Assembly (NCBI GenBank): GCA_951406725.2
Contig: OX597819.1
Coordinates: 87,730,001-87,794,000 of the forward strand
Source of the DNA: Octopus vulgaris
Taxonomy: Eukaryota
Length of the DNA: 64,000 bases
Direction: 5' to 3'
Shown here: positions 38,798-52,760 of the stretch, in pieces
How positions within the stretch are numbered: the first letter of the stretch is position 1
Layout of the letters: every line of letters begins with the position of its first letter
Made by a program: the position numbers and the translations under genes
The notes under the pieces: generated by a model
The model's database searches: none
Told to the model about the DNA's origin: nothing
What the model saw: the letters and a program-made list of their open reading frames with translations, nothing else

Positions 38798-39180
38798 TCT
38801 TTATATATAAAAGTGAGGTTGTGTGTCTGTCTCCTACGATTAAGATTCCTAACTACTCCCACATTTTGCGGTGCAGTTTAACCAAACGGGTATCTTATAT
38901 CGTGATTCATATCGAGACCGTCTGGGTATTAGCGCGCGTCTACGATGAGTCTACGTTTAAAAAAATTTTACCATCAATTTTTCCCATTTTTAATCCATTT
39001 TTGACATATATAAGGAAGTAACTCTCTAAAATTTATTATTAAATCTCAGAACGTAAAAAGCTACAGTAACACCCCTCCCCTTTGTGGTTAGTCATATTGT
39101 GGCTATTATACCTTACATCTCTAAAAATGCTTATATAATTATTTCCTTACAAACCCGAGCAACGCCGGGCGATATGCTAG
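38798..39180 (+). mobile_element. Non-autonomous Helitron (complete internal unit)
   Basis: A|TCTTTATATATAAAAG 5' end; subterminal hairpin cccgagcaacgccggg; terminal CTAG|T. Confidence 0.85.
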
Positions 39181-40261
39181 TATGTATATATAAATGTATA
39201 TTTATATATATGTATATATAAATGTATATTTATATATATGTATATATAAATGTATATTTATATATATGTATATATAAATGTATATTTATATATATGTATA
39301 TATAAATGTATATTTATATATATGTATATATAAATGTATATTTATATATAGGTATATATAAATGTATATTTATATATATGTATATATAAATGTATATTTA
39401 TATATATGTATATATAAATGTATATTTATATATATGTATATATAAATGTATATTTATATATATGTATATATAAATGTATATTTATATATATGTATATATA
39501 AATGTATATTTATATATATTTATATATATTATATATATGTATATGTAAATGTATATTTATATATATGTTTATGTAAATGTATATTTATATATATGTATAT
39601 GTAAATGTATATTTATATATATGTATATGTAAATGTATATTTATATATATGTATATGTAAATGTATATTTATATATATGTATATGTAAATGTATATTTAT
39701 ATATATGTATATGTAAATGTATATTTATATATATGTATATGTAAATGTATATTTATATATATGTATATGTAAATGTATATTTATATATATGTATATGTAA
39801 ATGTATATTTATATATATGTATATGTAAATGTATATTTATATATATGTATATGTAAATGTATATTTATATATATATATGTAAATGTATATTTATATATAT
39901 GTATATGTAAATGTATATTTATATATATGTATATGTAAATGTATATTTATATATATGTATATGTAAATGTATATTTATATATATGTATATGTATATATGT
40001 ATATATATATATATGTATATTTATGTATATGTATATGTAAATGTATATTTATGTATATGTAAATGTATATTTATGTATATGTAAATGTATATTTATATAT
40101 ATGTATATATAAATGTATATTTATATGTATATATAAATGTATATTTATATATATGTATATATAAATGTATATTTATATATATGTATATATATATATATGT
40201 ATATTTATATATATGTATATTTATATATATGTATATATATATATATGTATATTTATATATG

Positions 40262-40292
<31 letters not shown>

Positions 40293-41082
40293 GTATATTT
40301 ATATATATGTATATATATATATATGTATATTTATATATATGTATATATATATATATGTATATTTATATATATGTATATATAAATGTATATTTATATGTAT
40401 GTATATATAAATGTGTATATTTATATGTATGTATATATATATGCATGTGTATATTTATATGTATGTATATATATATGCATGTGTATATTTATATGTATGT
40501 ATATATATATAAATGTGTATATATATATGTGTATATATAAATGTGTATATATATATATGTGTATATATATAAATGTGTATATATATAAATGTGTATATAT
40601 ATAAATGTGTATATATATAAATGTGTATATATATAAATGTGTATATATATAAATATGTATATATATATGTGTGTATATATATAAATATGTATATATATAT
40701 GTGTGTATATATATATGTGTGTATATATATATGTGTGTATATATATAAATGTATATTTATATATGTGTATATATAGAAATGTATATTTATATATGTGTAT
40801 GTGTATATATAGAAATGTATATTTATATATGTGTATATGTATATAGAAATGTATATTTATATATGTGTATATAGAAATGTATATATATGTGTATATAGAA
40901 ATGTATATATATGTGTATATAGAAATGTATATTTATATGTGTGTGTATATAGAAATGTATATTTATATGTGCATATATATAAATGTATATTTATATATAT
41001 GTGCATATATATAAATGTATATTTATATATATGTGCATATATATAAATGTATATTTATATATATGTGCATATATATATATAT
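39181..41082. repeat. 28-bp minisatellite grading into degenerate TA-rich array
   Basis: Unit variants spread in blocks (tatataaatg, then tatgtaaatg, then tatagaaatg). Confidence 0.97.
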
Positions 41083-41104
41083 GTAAAAGCAGCAGAAATA
41101 TAAC

Positions 41105-41150
41105 AAAAGCTGTTACTCAGTTTCACGTTGTCATTTGTCAGACAGTTTTG
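41105..41150 (-). ncRNA. Decayed type I hammerhead (same family as 54200)
   Basis: aaaactgt-CTGACAA-atgacaacgt-GAAAC-tga-GTA-acagctttt; G8 mutated to A. Confidence 0.55.
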
Positions 41151-41544
41151 TTAAAATAGAACAGAAATAATGACATGATGAAAACTAGTTAAAGGATACA
41201 CCTTTAAAAATGGATTTGTTTCATTGGTCCTTTCAAATAATGGTCTTAATCATGCGATAAACAAAATAAATGAATTCAATATAAATTCATCCTATTATAA
41301 AAAAAATTGAGGAAAAACCTTAAATCGAAGAGCAGATTTAAAATACATATTGTCAACGATTATATATGAAATGTAATTCCATTAATATAATTAATACATT
41401 AACAATTAAAATATTTTACAATTTTTAAGAAGAGAATCGGCACTGTGGATATTAGCAATTATCCTACTGTTGTGTTGGTTAATGAAAGAGGCGAAGTGTC
41501 TGCAGCAAGAATAGCTGATCCTAATGTCAACTACTCAGAGAGTG

Positions 41545-43540
41545 TAGTGTGTGCTCTTTGTGTGCCACCGATACAAGGGCCAGTCAGGCAGTACTGGCAT
41601 CAACCGCGCATGACTGGTGCTTTTTACATAACACTGGCTTAGGACCAGTCAGCTGTCACTGGCACCGACCACGTTTGAATGGTGCTTTTAACGTGCCACT
41701 GATACAGGTGCCAATCTGGTGGTACTGTCATCGGCCACAACAATGATTTCACTTGCCTCAACAGGTTTTCGCACGGTTACGGTCTCACTTAGCTTGCTGG
41801 GTCTTCTTAAGCACATCATATCTCCAAAGGTCTCAGTCACTTGTCATTTCCTCGGTGAGACCCAGTGTTCGAGGGTCATATTCACCACCTCATCCCAGGT
41901 CTTCCTGGGTCTACCTCTTCCACAGTTTCCCTCTACTGCTAGGGTGTGACACTTGTTCACACAGCTGTCCTCAACTATGCAACACATGACCATACCAGCG
42001 CACTCACCTCTCTTGCACACCACATCTGATGCTTCTTAAGTCCAACTTTTCTCTCAGGGCGCTTAGACTCTGTCATGTGTATGCACACTGACATTACACA
42101 TCCAGCAGAGCATACTGGCTTCATTCCTTACAAGCTTACGCGTGTCCTCAGCAGTCACGACCCATGTTTCACTGCTATGTAGCATGGCTGTTCGCACACA
42201 TGCGTCATGCAGTCTACCTTTTACTCTGAGTGAGAGGCCCATTGTCATCAGCAGAGGTAGGAGCTCTCTGAACTTTGCCCAGGCTATTCTTATTCTAGAT
42301 GCTACACTTTCAGAGCATCCACACCCAATACTGACTTGGTCACCTAGGTAACAGAAGCTTTCAGCTACTTGTAGTTTTTTTCCCCTGGAATGTGACAGAA
42401 GCTGTTTTCTGCACATTTTCAGTGTTTATTGCTCCTGAGCATTTGCCACACACAAAAGTTATCTTCCCAGTTAGCCTTCCTTTGATATTGCTGAATCTCT
42501 TGTGTCCATAGCTTACACTGGGTACATGTTTCTACCTACGCCTTTTCTACGGATTGAGCAGGGTCATCTACCTGAAGGGATTTGTAGTTTGCCTGCCTTG
42601 CTACTTATTAAGACTTTGGTTTTTGCTAGGTTGACTCTAAGGCCCTTCAATTCTAGACCTTGCTTCTACACCTGAAACTTCTCCATTTCTGATAGTGACT
42701 CGGCTATTAGAGCAAGGTCATCAGCATAGAGAAGCTCCCAGGGGCATCTTGTCTTGAATTCTTCTGTTATTGCCTGGAGGACTATGATGAATAAGAGGGG
42801 GCTGAAGACTGATCCTTGGTGGACCCCTACTCGGAATTCTTCACTACTCGTTGCCAACCCTCACCTTACTGACAGTATCCCTGTACATGGCTTATATAGC
42901 TCTCACTAACCATTTATCTATCCCTAGTTTCCTCATTGACCACCAGATAAGGGATCTGGAGACCCTGTCAAAGGCTTTCCGCATGTCAACAAAAGCTAAG
43001 TACAGAGGTTTATCTTTGACTAGGTATTTCTCCTACAGTGGTGCTTTTCCCTGGTACAAACCCAAACTGCATCTCCTTTGGACTGACTTTCTCCCTAAGT
43101 AGTTGGGCTATGACCCTCTCCATCATTTTCATTACCTGATCCTTTACCTTTGTAGCAGTTGACTATGGTGCTGCTACCCCAGTCATTGGGTATGACTGCT
43201 TGATGTATCACCTGATTGACTATATGGGTGATTAAACTATAGCCGACACCGCCTTATATTTTAAGCATCTTTGCGGTGATTCCTGATTGGCCAGGGTCTT
43301 TCACTGTCTTCATACTCTTAATTGCTTTATCTACCATGGTACTGTCAATTTGGATAACTGGTCCCTCTGTTGGGTCGACATTCGGCAGACTCTCTCTCTC
43401 CCATTCTCTTCATCTATCAACCTTTCATAGTGATGTCTCCAAGTCTCTCTCCTTGTAGCGTCATTTAATGCAAGTGAGCCATCATCCATGCAGACACATT
43501 TCTCTCCTGACATCACGATTCTCTTTCACACACTGTCTTG
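41545..43540 (-). mobile_element. RTE LINE (RT to 3' UTR), pseudogenised
   Basis: HQGSVFSPLLF, YADDLAL, FCYLGD, RTAMLHSSETW on the minus strand. Confidence 0.92.
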
Positions 43541-44259
43541 TGTGTATATTTTTGCATAAATGCTATCAAATAGACAAATACATAATGAAAAATTTTGTAA
43601 AACATAACACCCAAGCTTCATTTTAAGCCACTAGTATTCAAGAAAAGAACCAAATGTCTCCATTTCAATAACCCTCTGCAAGAATGTAAATTTGAGTAGA
43701 AGTTACAAATGACAAATGTAATCTATCTATTTCATTATAAAACTGAAAATTGTAAACTAGAGGACTTAAGTTGTTATATTGGACATATACACCAGTCTCT
43801 CATAGACTCACCATGCACTTACAACCAGCTATCTTAAAGCACTTAGATACAAGTGTCCAAGAAGATAGGACTTACACATTCTTTAAAATTACTCACAAAA
43901 ATAGGTGAAATCATACTCATATTGCTCTATGGTGTCAAAGTAAACACACAAGGAACACATCAAAAAATTAAAATGTGGCTTGTGGTATGTGAAACCTAAA
44001 GGTCCAAAAATATTGACCACAACAAACACATTATATATGTATAAACTAGAAAGACTCAGAAACAGAAGCCAGTCTGATAAAAGAAGATACGAAAGCTTAA
44101 AAATCTATTGAGTAGTCAGAAATTAAGAGAAGCCCAAACTGAAATGTGTGACCAGAAGAAAATTAAAAGTTCTTATAAAACAGCCTACTGAGTAGTACAG
44201 ACCAGATCTGTGACTAGTACTAAGTTCCAGCTTGACTGAGTGTGAGATTGTTGTGGAAC

Positions 44260-45832
44260 AGTGAAGTTACATGTTATAAAAGCAAAGAGACAGGATTGGA
44301 AGTGAGACTAGTGTACTTAGCAAGGGGAGACTCCAAGAGGAAGAGGTTTGCCAATATTCTGCAGCCTGAGAACCAGAGATAGCAGGTGATCCACATTGCA
44401 AGACAATGTATCTGAGAAAATCAAGATATTATGCAAGAAATATCTGGCAGGGTGGATATGGCCTAACCACCCATATAGTTAATCAGGTTGTACAGTAAAG
44501 TATTATACTCAACAACTGGTATGGCAGCTTTATAGTCATTTGTAACAAGGGTTAAGTAGAAGCTTTAGAAAGGAGTAATTAGAGAGGTAACAAATTATTA
44601 GACCAAGTCTTAAAAGTTACAGAGTTATAACTCAACTAATTAGGAAGAGAATTAGCCTAAATAAGATGCAATTTGGGTTTGTGCCAGGAAGTACTATTGA
44701 TGTCCTTCCTTGTTAGGCAACTACAGAAGTTTTTAGCCAAAAGTAATCTGCTGTACTTAGCTTTTGCTGACCCAGAGAAAGCCTTTAACAGGGTGGGTCC
44801 ATCACATTCTAATCTGGTGGACACTGTGGAAGCCTGAAATAGATGAATGGCTGGTAAGAGTCATCCAAAACAAGTACAAAGTTGCTGTCAGATGTGAGTT
44901 AATGAATACAGTATCAAATTTAATGTGCAAATAAGGGTTTGCCGTGGCTTGGCTCTCAGTTCCCTCCTATTATCATAAACCTCCAGGCTATAAAAGAAGA
45001 GTTTAAGACCAGTTGCCCTTGGAAACTCCTGTAAATGGATGACCTTGTTCTTATAACTGAATCTATAGAAGTATTAGGTAAGAAATTTCAAATGTGGAAG
45101 CAAAACCTGGAATGGAATTGCCCTAAAATTAGCTTAGCAATAACCAATGTTTTAGTAAGCACGAAGACAGACAGGACACCAATACCTTTGGACAAATGGC
45201 CCTGTACGTTATGTAGAAAAGGTGTTGGTAATAATTCCTCGATGTTTATTTGTTGCAAACTATGGGCACTTAAGAGATACAGTGCAATCACTGAAAGATT
45301 AACAGTGAAAGTAGACTTTGTGGCAGATGTGCAGGAGCAATAAACACTAGGAATGCACAGGAAATAGATTTTCTGAAATGCCCAGGATAATCTTTAGAAT
45401 AGTAGACAGTTTCTGTTACATTGGTGACCTAATTGCTAGAATACAAACTAGCTGGAGAAAGTTCAAAGCTATTATCTCCGTTGGTTACAAAAGGCCTTTC
45501 TCTGAGTGAAAGGCAGACTGTATGATGCTTGTATGAACAGCTGTGTTACATGGTAGTGAAATGTGGGCCATGAATGCAGAGGACATGTGAAGACTTCAAA
45601 GAAATGAAGAGGAATGAAGCTAGTATGCTCTGTTGGATGTGCACTGTCAGAGTGCATGGACAACATGTGAATGGGGGTAAGAGTAAAATTGAACATTAGA
45701 AGCATCAGATATAGTATGCAAAAGAAAAGACTGCACTGATGTGGTCACGTGATGCATATGGATGAGGATAGCTGTATAAAGAATGACAAAGGACTGCGAT
45801 GAATAGTGATCTGCTGATGCTTGAGAAGACCT
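44260..45832 (+). mobile_element. Old RTE LINE, heavily decayed
   Basis: atgcaatttgggtttgtgccagga (QFGFVPG), DDLVLITES, KWPCTLCRKGVG. Confidence 0.85.
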
Positions 45833-46908
45833 GCCTATCTCAGCAAAAACTGAGGTCCTAAAAGCATATAATCTGTCTTAGCCTCCTCAGCCTATTTGTA
45901 TTTGTCAACCCTTCTCAGCAACTCCTCTTTGTAACATCAATCCCTCCTTCACCTCTCTAATTCTGGCACTGTTTCCTCAGCTACTGTTGTTGTGTGAGAA
46001 CAGAACTACACATAAAACTCACCCTCTTCTGTGCTACCAGTAATTCTTCTCTTTGAAACTACTTCCCTTGCCATTCGTCTTCATCTCCCAGCACAACCAC
46101 TTGCTACTATTTTTACAGTGAATGCTCCTTTCCCCTGAATACACTTTTCTGATGGTCCTTTCTTTCTTTTTTATTGTAATCCCCACTATCCATCTTGATC
46201 CACTGATCTTCATTTTGATCACTCTGCCTCTTTTCTCCTGATCACACTTCTCATCTCTCTATTTATTATCTATCTACAAATTTTATTGAACTGTTGTTCC
46301 CCAACTCACTTTTATGTATTACCTCCTCCTCTTTGATCCATTCATATTTTCTGTACATTTCCTCCAAACTGAGATTCATAGTTGTCCATACTTCCACCCA
46401 TATTCACTATTCACTGCCTTCACTTTTGTACTTTTCTCCACCATCTGTCATTCTCCTTTCATATTCTCATGAGCCTACATAATCAAACAACATTCCTTGA
46501 TTCTCTGTCTCTCTTTATCCACTTCTTGTACTCTGAGGAGGTGCCCTGATGCCGCATTTCCACCATCCTTTCTCCTTTGCCTGCTGGGGTAGCTATGTAT
46601 CACAGCTATTCCTGTTCTTCTATCATGTTTTTGCTTCTCAACACCAAACAAAAAGCCAATTCCTTCAATTCTACATCCCCACACTATCAAGAGATCTTGT
46701 CTTGCAAGTTTCTTGTAAACTCACTTGTGCTGGTGTCACAAAAATGCACTCAGCACACTGTTAAGTGGCTAGTATTAGGAAGAACATCCAGCCATAAACT
46801 ATTTGCCAAAGCAGACATGGAGCACAACTCAACCCTCTGGCTTAGTGAATTGTGTCAAGCCATCCAACCAAACCAGCATGGGATATGAATATTAAAATTA
46901 AATGAACA

Positions 46909-46952
<44 letters not shown>

Positions 46953-47339
46953 GTTTGTGTGTAATAGAATTTGAAGGATGTAAACTAATACCAATTAACA
47001 AGTTATTGATAGACATCCGCACACACACACGTATATATATAGGGACATCCACACACACATACACAGACATCCGCACGCACACACACATAGATGTCCGCGC
47101 ACATATGCATAGACATCCGCAGCTTGGACATGCTTTCATGATGGACTGGTTTACAAACCAACAAATACAAGTGGAATATGAACTCATGCATATATATATA
47201 TATAGATATAGATGTCTATGTATATGTGTGCGGATGTCTATGTGTATGTCCCTACATATATATGTGTGTGTGTGTATATACACTCACACACACACATGTA
47301 TCATATGGATAAATAGATGTTTTGCTAGACACTGAGAGA

Positions 47340-47780
47340 CAACCAAAAGGTCATGAAGTTAGGTTTACCATTGATATGGAAGACAAGGAATTGGCATAGA
47401 AGTGCTATAATGGGAAAATGTAGAGAATGCATGAGATAAAGAGGAGCTACTTCATGCTGGCCCTTCAGAAGGATCAGCAATTCAAGTTGAGAGCAGCATG
47501 GTAGATAAAGCAGTTAAGGGTATAAAGGAAAGGAAAGTTGTGTATCCATCAGAGATAGATGCAGAGATGCTCAAAATATATGGTGTGATAAGATATGTGA
47601 TTACCACTTTGATAGTTAATCATGTAATTGGGGAAGATGTGAAACTCAGTGACTGGCATGGCAGTATCATCATAAACTGCTAAAAAGGCTTAGGAGATGC
47701 CTTACAGAGAGGAAATTACAGAGGATCAAACTACTGGATCTGGTTATGAAGGTCATGAAGGGAGACATAGCACAGTTTCT
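47340..47780 (+). mobile_element. Old RTE fragment
   Basis: MVDKAVKGIK…AEMLKI…DWHGSIIINC, homologous to 35390-35650. Confidence 0.75.
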
Positions 47781-47928
47781 GTTCAGCCATCAAAACCAAA
47801 CCAAAACTGAAGTGTGTGAGCAACATAGGACAGTACTAACACCAAGTAAGATCTGATTCAGGCTGTAATGGCCCATCCAACCCTTCTAAAGTGATGGCTG
47901 TATGCAAGATGTATATAGGAATATATAT

Positions 47929-48236
47929 ATTCTTTATTCTTTTATTTGTTTCAGTCGTTTGACTGTGGCCATGCTGGAGCACTGCCTTTAGTCGAACAAA
48001 TTGACGCCCAGGACTTACTTTTTGTTAGCCTAGTACTTATTCTATCTGTCTCTTCTGCCAAATCAGTAGGTTACGGGGGCATAAACACACCAACATCAGT
48101 TGTCAAGCCATGGTTCCGGGACAAATACACACACACACACGTATGTATATATATATATATATATAAAACAGGTTTCTTACAGACGAGGCTTTGGTCAGCC
48201 CGAGGCTATAGAAGACATTTGCCCAAGGTGCCACTC
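47929..48236 (-). mobile_element. SINE family A
   Basis: Minus-strand tail ggcagtgctccagcatggccacagtcaaacgactgaaacaaataaaagaataaagaat. Confidence 0.85.
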
Positions 48237-48262
48237 AGCCTCTCCTGCACCTATATATGTAT

Positions 48263-48935
48263 ATAATTAATAATATCCAAGGGATTATTCAGAAATATTA
48301 GAAATTTCCATTACCAGTGGCCTAACGTGTAAAAATTTAGTCAATAGACTATATATTATTCGCATAAATACAGTGTACATTTAAATTTCGAAATTTTATC
48401 CCTAATAGTGGTTTGGAAATTTAACTGTTCTCTCTAGCATGCAAGGAATCCTATGATGGATGCCTCTTATGTGTTTAAATGTACAGTGTATATATGTGAA
48501 TAATATATAGTCTATTGACTAAATTTTTACATGCTAGGCCACTGGTAATGGAAATTTCTAATATTTCTGATTACTCTTTGATATTATTAATTATTGCTAA
48601 TTTTCGAATTGAAAAGCTGGCAATTTTATTTACTGCTGACAAGGAGCTGCACTTGCACGGTAGATTTGAAAAATTAGAATGTATAAGCACAGGGCATATA
48701 CTGGATTGCCTCATGTATATTTAAGGTGTGCCTGCTGAAGAAGACTTCGCCTAGCAAATTATTTTATTCAGAAAGTCTGAAACCATTGGTCCAGGAGTTA
48801 GATGGTAAATGTTTTTATTTTTCATTCCCTTTGAAATTTTATCCCTAATAGTGGTTTGGAATTTAACTGTTCTCTCTAGCATATAAGGAATCCTATGATG
48901 AATGCCTCATGTGTTTAAATGTACACTGTATTTAT
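48263..48935 (+). mobile_element. Non-coding Penelope-like terminal structure: inverted repeat, hammerhead and direct repeat
   Basis: IR arms 48263-48386 and 48474-48594; direct repeat 48390-48490 vs 48834-48932; hammerhead at 48731; TA repeats outside. Confidence 0.75.
48731..48795 (+). ncRNA. Type I hammerhead ribozyme, fully canonical core
   Basis: Stem I cctg/cagg; CTGAAGA 48735-41; stem II agactt/aagtct; GAAA 48779-82; stem III acca/tggt; GUC cleavage site after 48791. Confidence 0.85.
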
Positions 48936-49346
48936 TTATATATATATATACATATTTACATAGATGCATATCTTTGTATAGATAAAGAGTTCAATTTGTA
49001 ACTACATGGGTTTGCCCAAGTTGCATGACACCTTGGCAAATGTCTTCTACAAAAACATTGAAATAGCCAACGCTTTGTGAGTGAAATTGTAGGGAATTCT
49101 ATCATGAAAGTGTTTGTTGGTGTGTTTTCACATGACGTTATTTGAGCAAAACAGTGATGTGATTTATACATAGCTTGTAAGCAATATGTCGTGAAGCTCT
49201 GTGCTTTCGACAGGTGACAACCAGTGAAATTATCTTTAAGAACAAGTAAATGTTGGTGAGAAGGACCATAAAATACTGCTCCAATGAATCTTTGTCTAAT
49301 TCATGCCAACATGCAAATTTAAAAAGGAAAAATTGGAATAAATAGA

Positions 49347-49396
<50 letters not shown>

Positions 49397-49399
49397 TGT

Positions 49400-50628
49400 A
49401 CATGACCAGGTGCAGAAAGCTACTCAGTCATTCAAACATGGACGTTATTGTTATTGACTTTGTGAAGCCTGTTGATAAAATCAACCATGATATGGTCTGT
49501 GGCAAACTTCGTCTTTGCATAGGACAAACTAGGAGAGTGGATATTTGACTTTTTGAGGGGCAGAGTTCAAATGTTTGCACCCAGTGAGGCCCTCTCTAAG
49601 AAAACACTGACTTTTGAACTACTATAACAGCAATACCATCTGGATAGTCCTGCACAGGACTAGCTCTAGAACATTGTTGTTCGTAGCAGTTGGACACTCC
49701 TTTAGTTTTACTAACAACCACTCATGAACTATGCTAACAATGCAAAAGTATATCAAGCAGTGATGATGCAAGCCTACAGCAAGATTTTAATGCAATCTAC
49801 TAGTGGGCTGAAGAAAATAAGCTCTTTACTATCAGCCCACAATCATCCATCATCTAAGGTACATAATAAGTGGAGGGATTGCAATTCCAGAGTCAGACTC
49901 TGTGTGTACCCTGGGAACAATTATGAGTAATGACGCATCTTTTCATGAATGCGTTATCCAGTTGCAACAATGTGTGGAAAGTTGGTTGGCTAGCTGGATT
50001 TTGAGGCATCCAGTAATGAGTGAACAGGAAACTGTTTTTATGGTGGACATTTGTCCTCAGTTCTCTGGTCTACTGTTCATAATTACAGTCACTAAACAGT
50101 ATAAACTGCAGATCTAGAAGCAATCCAATGCTGCTTAAGAAAAAGATTGTCCTAATACAACAGCAAAGCTACTAGAAGGTTGAAAGTGTTAAAACTCTAC
50201 TCTCTGGAGAGTGGATGAGTAGGATATGCAATAATCTATACATGGAAGCTTCTTCAAGGGCTAACACCAAACTTTGATGTTGAGGTCTATGCCAATCCTT
50301 GTAGTTGTTAACACAGCATAGTCCTTGAGGTCCCATCTTCCCCATGACAGAACCATATACTGCAATAATTTAGGGTTCACAATATTAGCTTTTCAATTGG
50401 TTTCCAAAGATAATGAGAAATCTACATGGAGTAGATGTAAATGTATTTAAGAAACACCTCAATACTCAACTATCTGTAGACCCAATCACACTGACATCAC
50501 AGCAAGAAAAACAATTGAGGGCAACGCATCAAAATCACTCATTCACCAAAAGTTGGTTCATGTAAAACTGTCAATTTTATGAGTGATTCTACAACGTAGC
50601 CACAACCCTTCAGCTGGAACTAATAAAA
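49400..50628 (+). mobile_element. Old decayed LINE related to the 29069 family
   Basis: VIVIDFVKPVDKINHDMVCGKL vs [22 protein letters not shown]; MSNDASFH vs MSDDATFH; tail tagccacaacccttcagctggaac. Confidence 0.8.
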
Positions 50629-50689
50629 GCATGGTTGAATATAAAATAAAATAGTTAAGGTTGGTCTCCCTCTCATTAGTGCCCCAGAT

Positions 50690-51510
50690 GTAGTTGTCCA
50701 GGTAGTTTGAATCATGAGAGCTACCCCAATGTTTGGAGTAACATGATTGTAAAAATGTTCAATCTTCCACTCTTGACTCATCTGGGCTGTGACAGGGAGC
50801 AGTCTCTTGCTGGAACACACATGGCCTCCCTTGAGCAACTCTCTCTATCCAGGGATTAACAACCATCCCCATTGTCTTGATGTTTGCTACCAAATTGATC
50901 CCTAGACTTTGCAGGAAAGTAAGGAGCCATGGTATGGCCCTCATTGCTCATGACCCATCTCAGACTTTGGGGAGTTAGCATGCATAATGATGGGGACTTC
51001 AGTGGGACTGGTGCAAAGCCATCAGTCAAAATCCTTCTCATCAGACAGAAACTGCTCTTATCTCATTTGTACCTGATATCTTTATGCACCATGTCTCATC
51101 ATCCTTCCATGCCTTTTTTGCAGGGAAAAGATGAATAGCAATGGCCCTCACTGACCTGCCAAGATTTTTATTGATGATGCCTTAAACTTACCAGACAAAC
51201 TTGGCTTTTCTGTCAGTGTCTGATTGTTGAGGATTTTTTTTTCCTTTGGCCACAGAAGACACATACCTGCTTGAAGCCAGGAACTCTTTTCTGATTTTAA
51301 ACATGAAGGACCTGGTGCCATTTAAGAAAGTAGTAATCTCAGAATCGTTTTGGTTGGCTGCCGTTAAGGTGATGCTAATTGCTTTCATTTTCTTTATCTG
51401 TGTTAGATTCAAAGCTTTCATGTTGGGGTTGGAAAATGAGAAAAATACTTAAAGTTTGAGCTACTTATGAGTTTTAAAAGTTTAGTTCTCAAGTATCTGA
51501 TGCACCCGGT
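50690..51510 (-). mobile_element. Tc1/mariner-superfamily transposase relic
   Basis: N-terminal HTH-like DSEITTFLNGTRSFMFKIRK; VMSNEGHTMAPYF; VVNPWIERVAQGRPCVFQQETAPCH (FQQDxAPxH motif); fragmented. Confidence 0.8.
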
Positions 51511-51849
51511 GTGTATATGTTTGGCTGAAAGAGTACAGATCCTGTTTAGATCTGAGATCCCTAACTCTCTATTGAACTCCAGGTCAGAAATTTTCAGTGG
51601 TTGCATGCATATGTATAAGTATATTCTGAAGAATTGGAAAAGTCTGCATATTCCTGACTGACTTGGTATCTTTCCAGCTTTACCATTTAAGATCTAAGGA
51701 GGATAGCTCTTTTATCTTTTACATTTTATTTTTGACATTTTAGTTACTGTTTTCCATTGTTTACTGTCTGCGTTTTCTATATGCTGCCTTCTCAGTTTAT
51801 TTCGCATTTCTTCTATTATTCGATTTCGTTAGTTTGTTATATGTGGTTT

Positions 51850-51902
51850 GCACCTGAAAAATATGTTTGAGTTCTGTCAACATATGAAACTGTTAGTAGT
51901 GT
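51850..51902 (+). ncRNA. Type I hammerhead, single core mutation (same family as 16047)
   Basis: gcac-CTGAAAA-atatgtttga…tcaacatat-GAAAC-tgtta-GTA-gtgt; G8 mutated to A. Confidence 0.65.
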
Positions 51903-52269
51903 CTTAACCCATGTACTATGATGTTAAATAAATTTTATATGTATGTATATATATATATATGTATATATATTTTTGTCTGTGTACATATACATATATACAT
52001 ACATGTTCTGATGCAGATAAAGTCACCTCATAACCACCTGATTTGGGGGTTTTTCCCACTGTACAGCACCCTAGACAAGTGTTTTCTATAGTTTCAGACA
52101 GACCAAAGTCTTTTAAATGGATTTGGTTGAGGGAAACTGAAAGGACTCCATCGTGTATGTGTTTGTTCATGTGTCTTTGATTTGGTACATACAAATTATA
52201 AGCAAGTTTTATTATCATAGTAGCAGTACTGTTTGTTTGTAATCTCTCATAAACTTGTCTGGCTATTGT

Positions 52270-52760
52270 ACTGTTTGTGTTTGAAGGACTCTTTCATCAG
52301 ATCTAACATCTTGAGATCATTTTTCAATACCTCATCCTAGTCGTCTGTGGTCTCCTTCTTCTTTGGGTACCATTCACTTTGAGTGCTAGCTGCTTGCTTT
52401 TACAGCTGTCATCCTTCATTTGCATCACATGCTCATATCAGTGTCTTCTGCTCCCTTGCACACTACATCTGATTCCTCTTGTACCCAGTTTTTATCTCAG
52501 TTCATTTACACTTTATCATTCATGCGCTCTAACACTTCACATCGAGTGAAGCATGCTCACCTCATTTCCTTTTAGTCTCCACAGTCTTCCACAATCAAGG
52601 CCCACATCTTTGCTGTCTTGAAGCAGCACATTTCGCACACAAACATCATACAATCTGCCCCTGACTTTTTAAGAGTAAACCCATTGTTACCAATAAAGTT
52701 AAATTCCCTGAACTTTCTGCGGCCCTTCTTATTTTAGCTACCATACTTGGTCCAGGTCAC
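52270..52760 (-). mobile_element. Degenerate RTE fragment
   Basis: Homologous to 41870-42300 (catcatacaatctgccc…). Confidence 0.7.

Larger units (their letters stand above)
37371..39180 (+). mobile_element. Composite Helitron carrying captured repeats
   Basis: A|TCTCTTATTATAAAAG start, CTAG|T end, no TSD; removing it restores the flanking minisatellite exactly. Confidence 0.7.
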
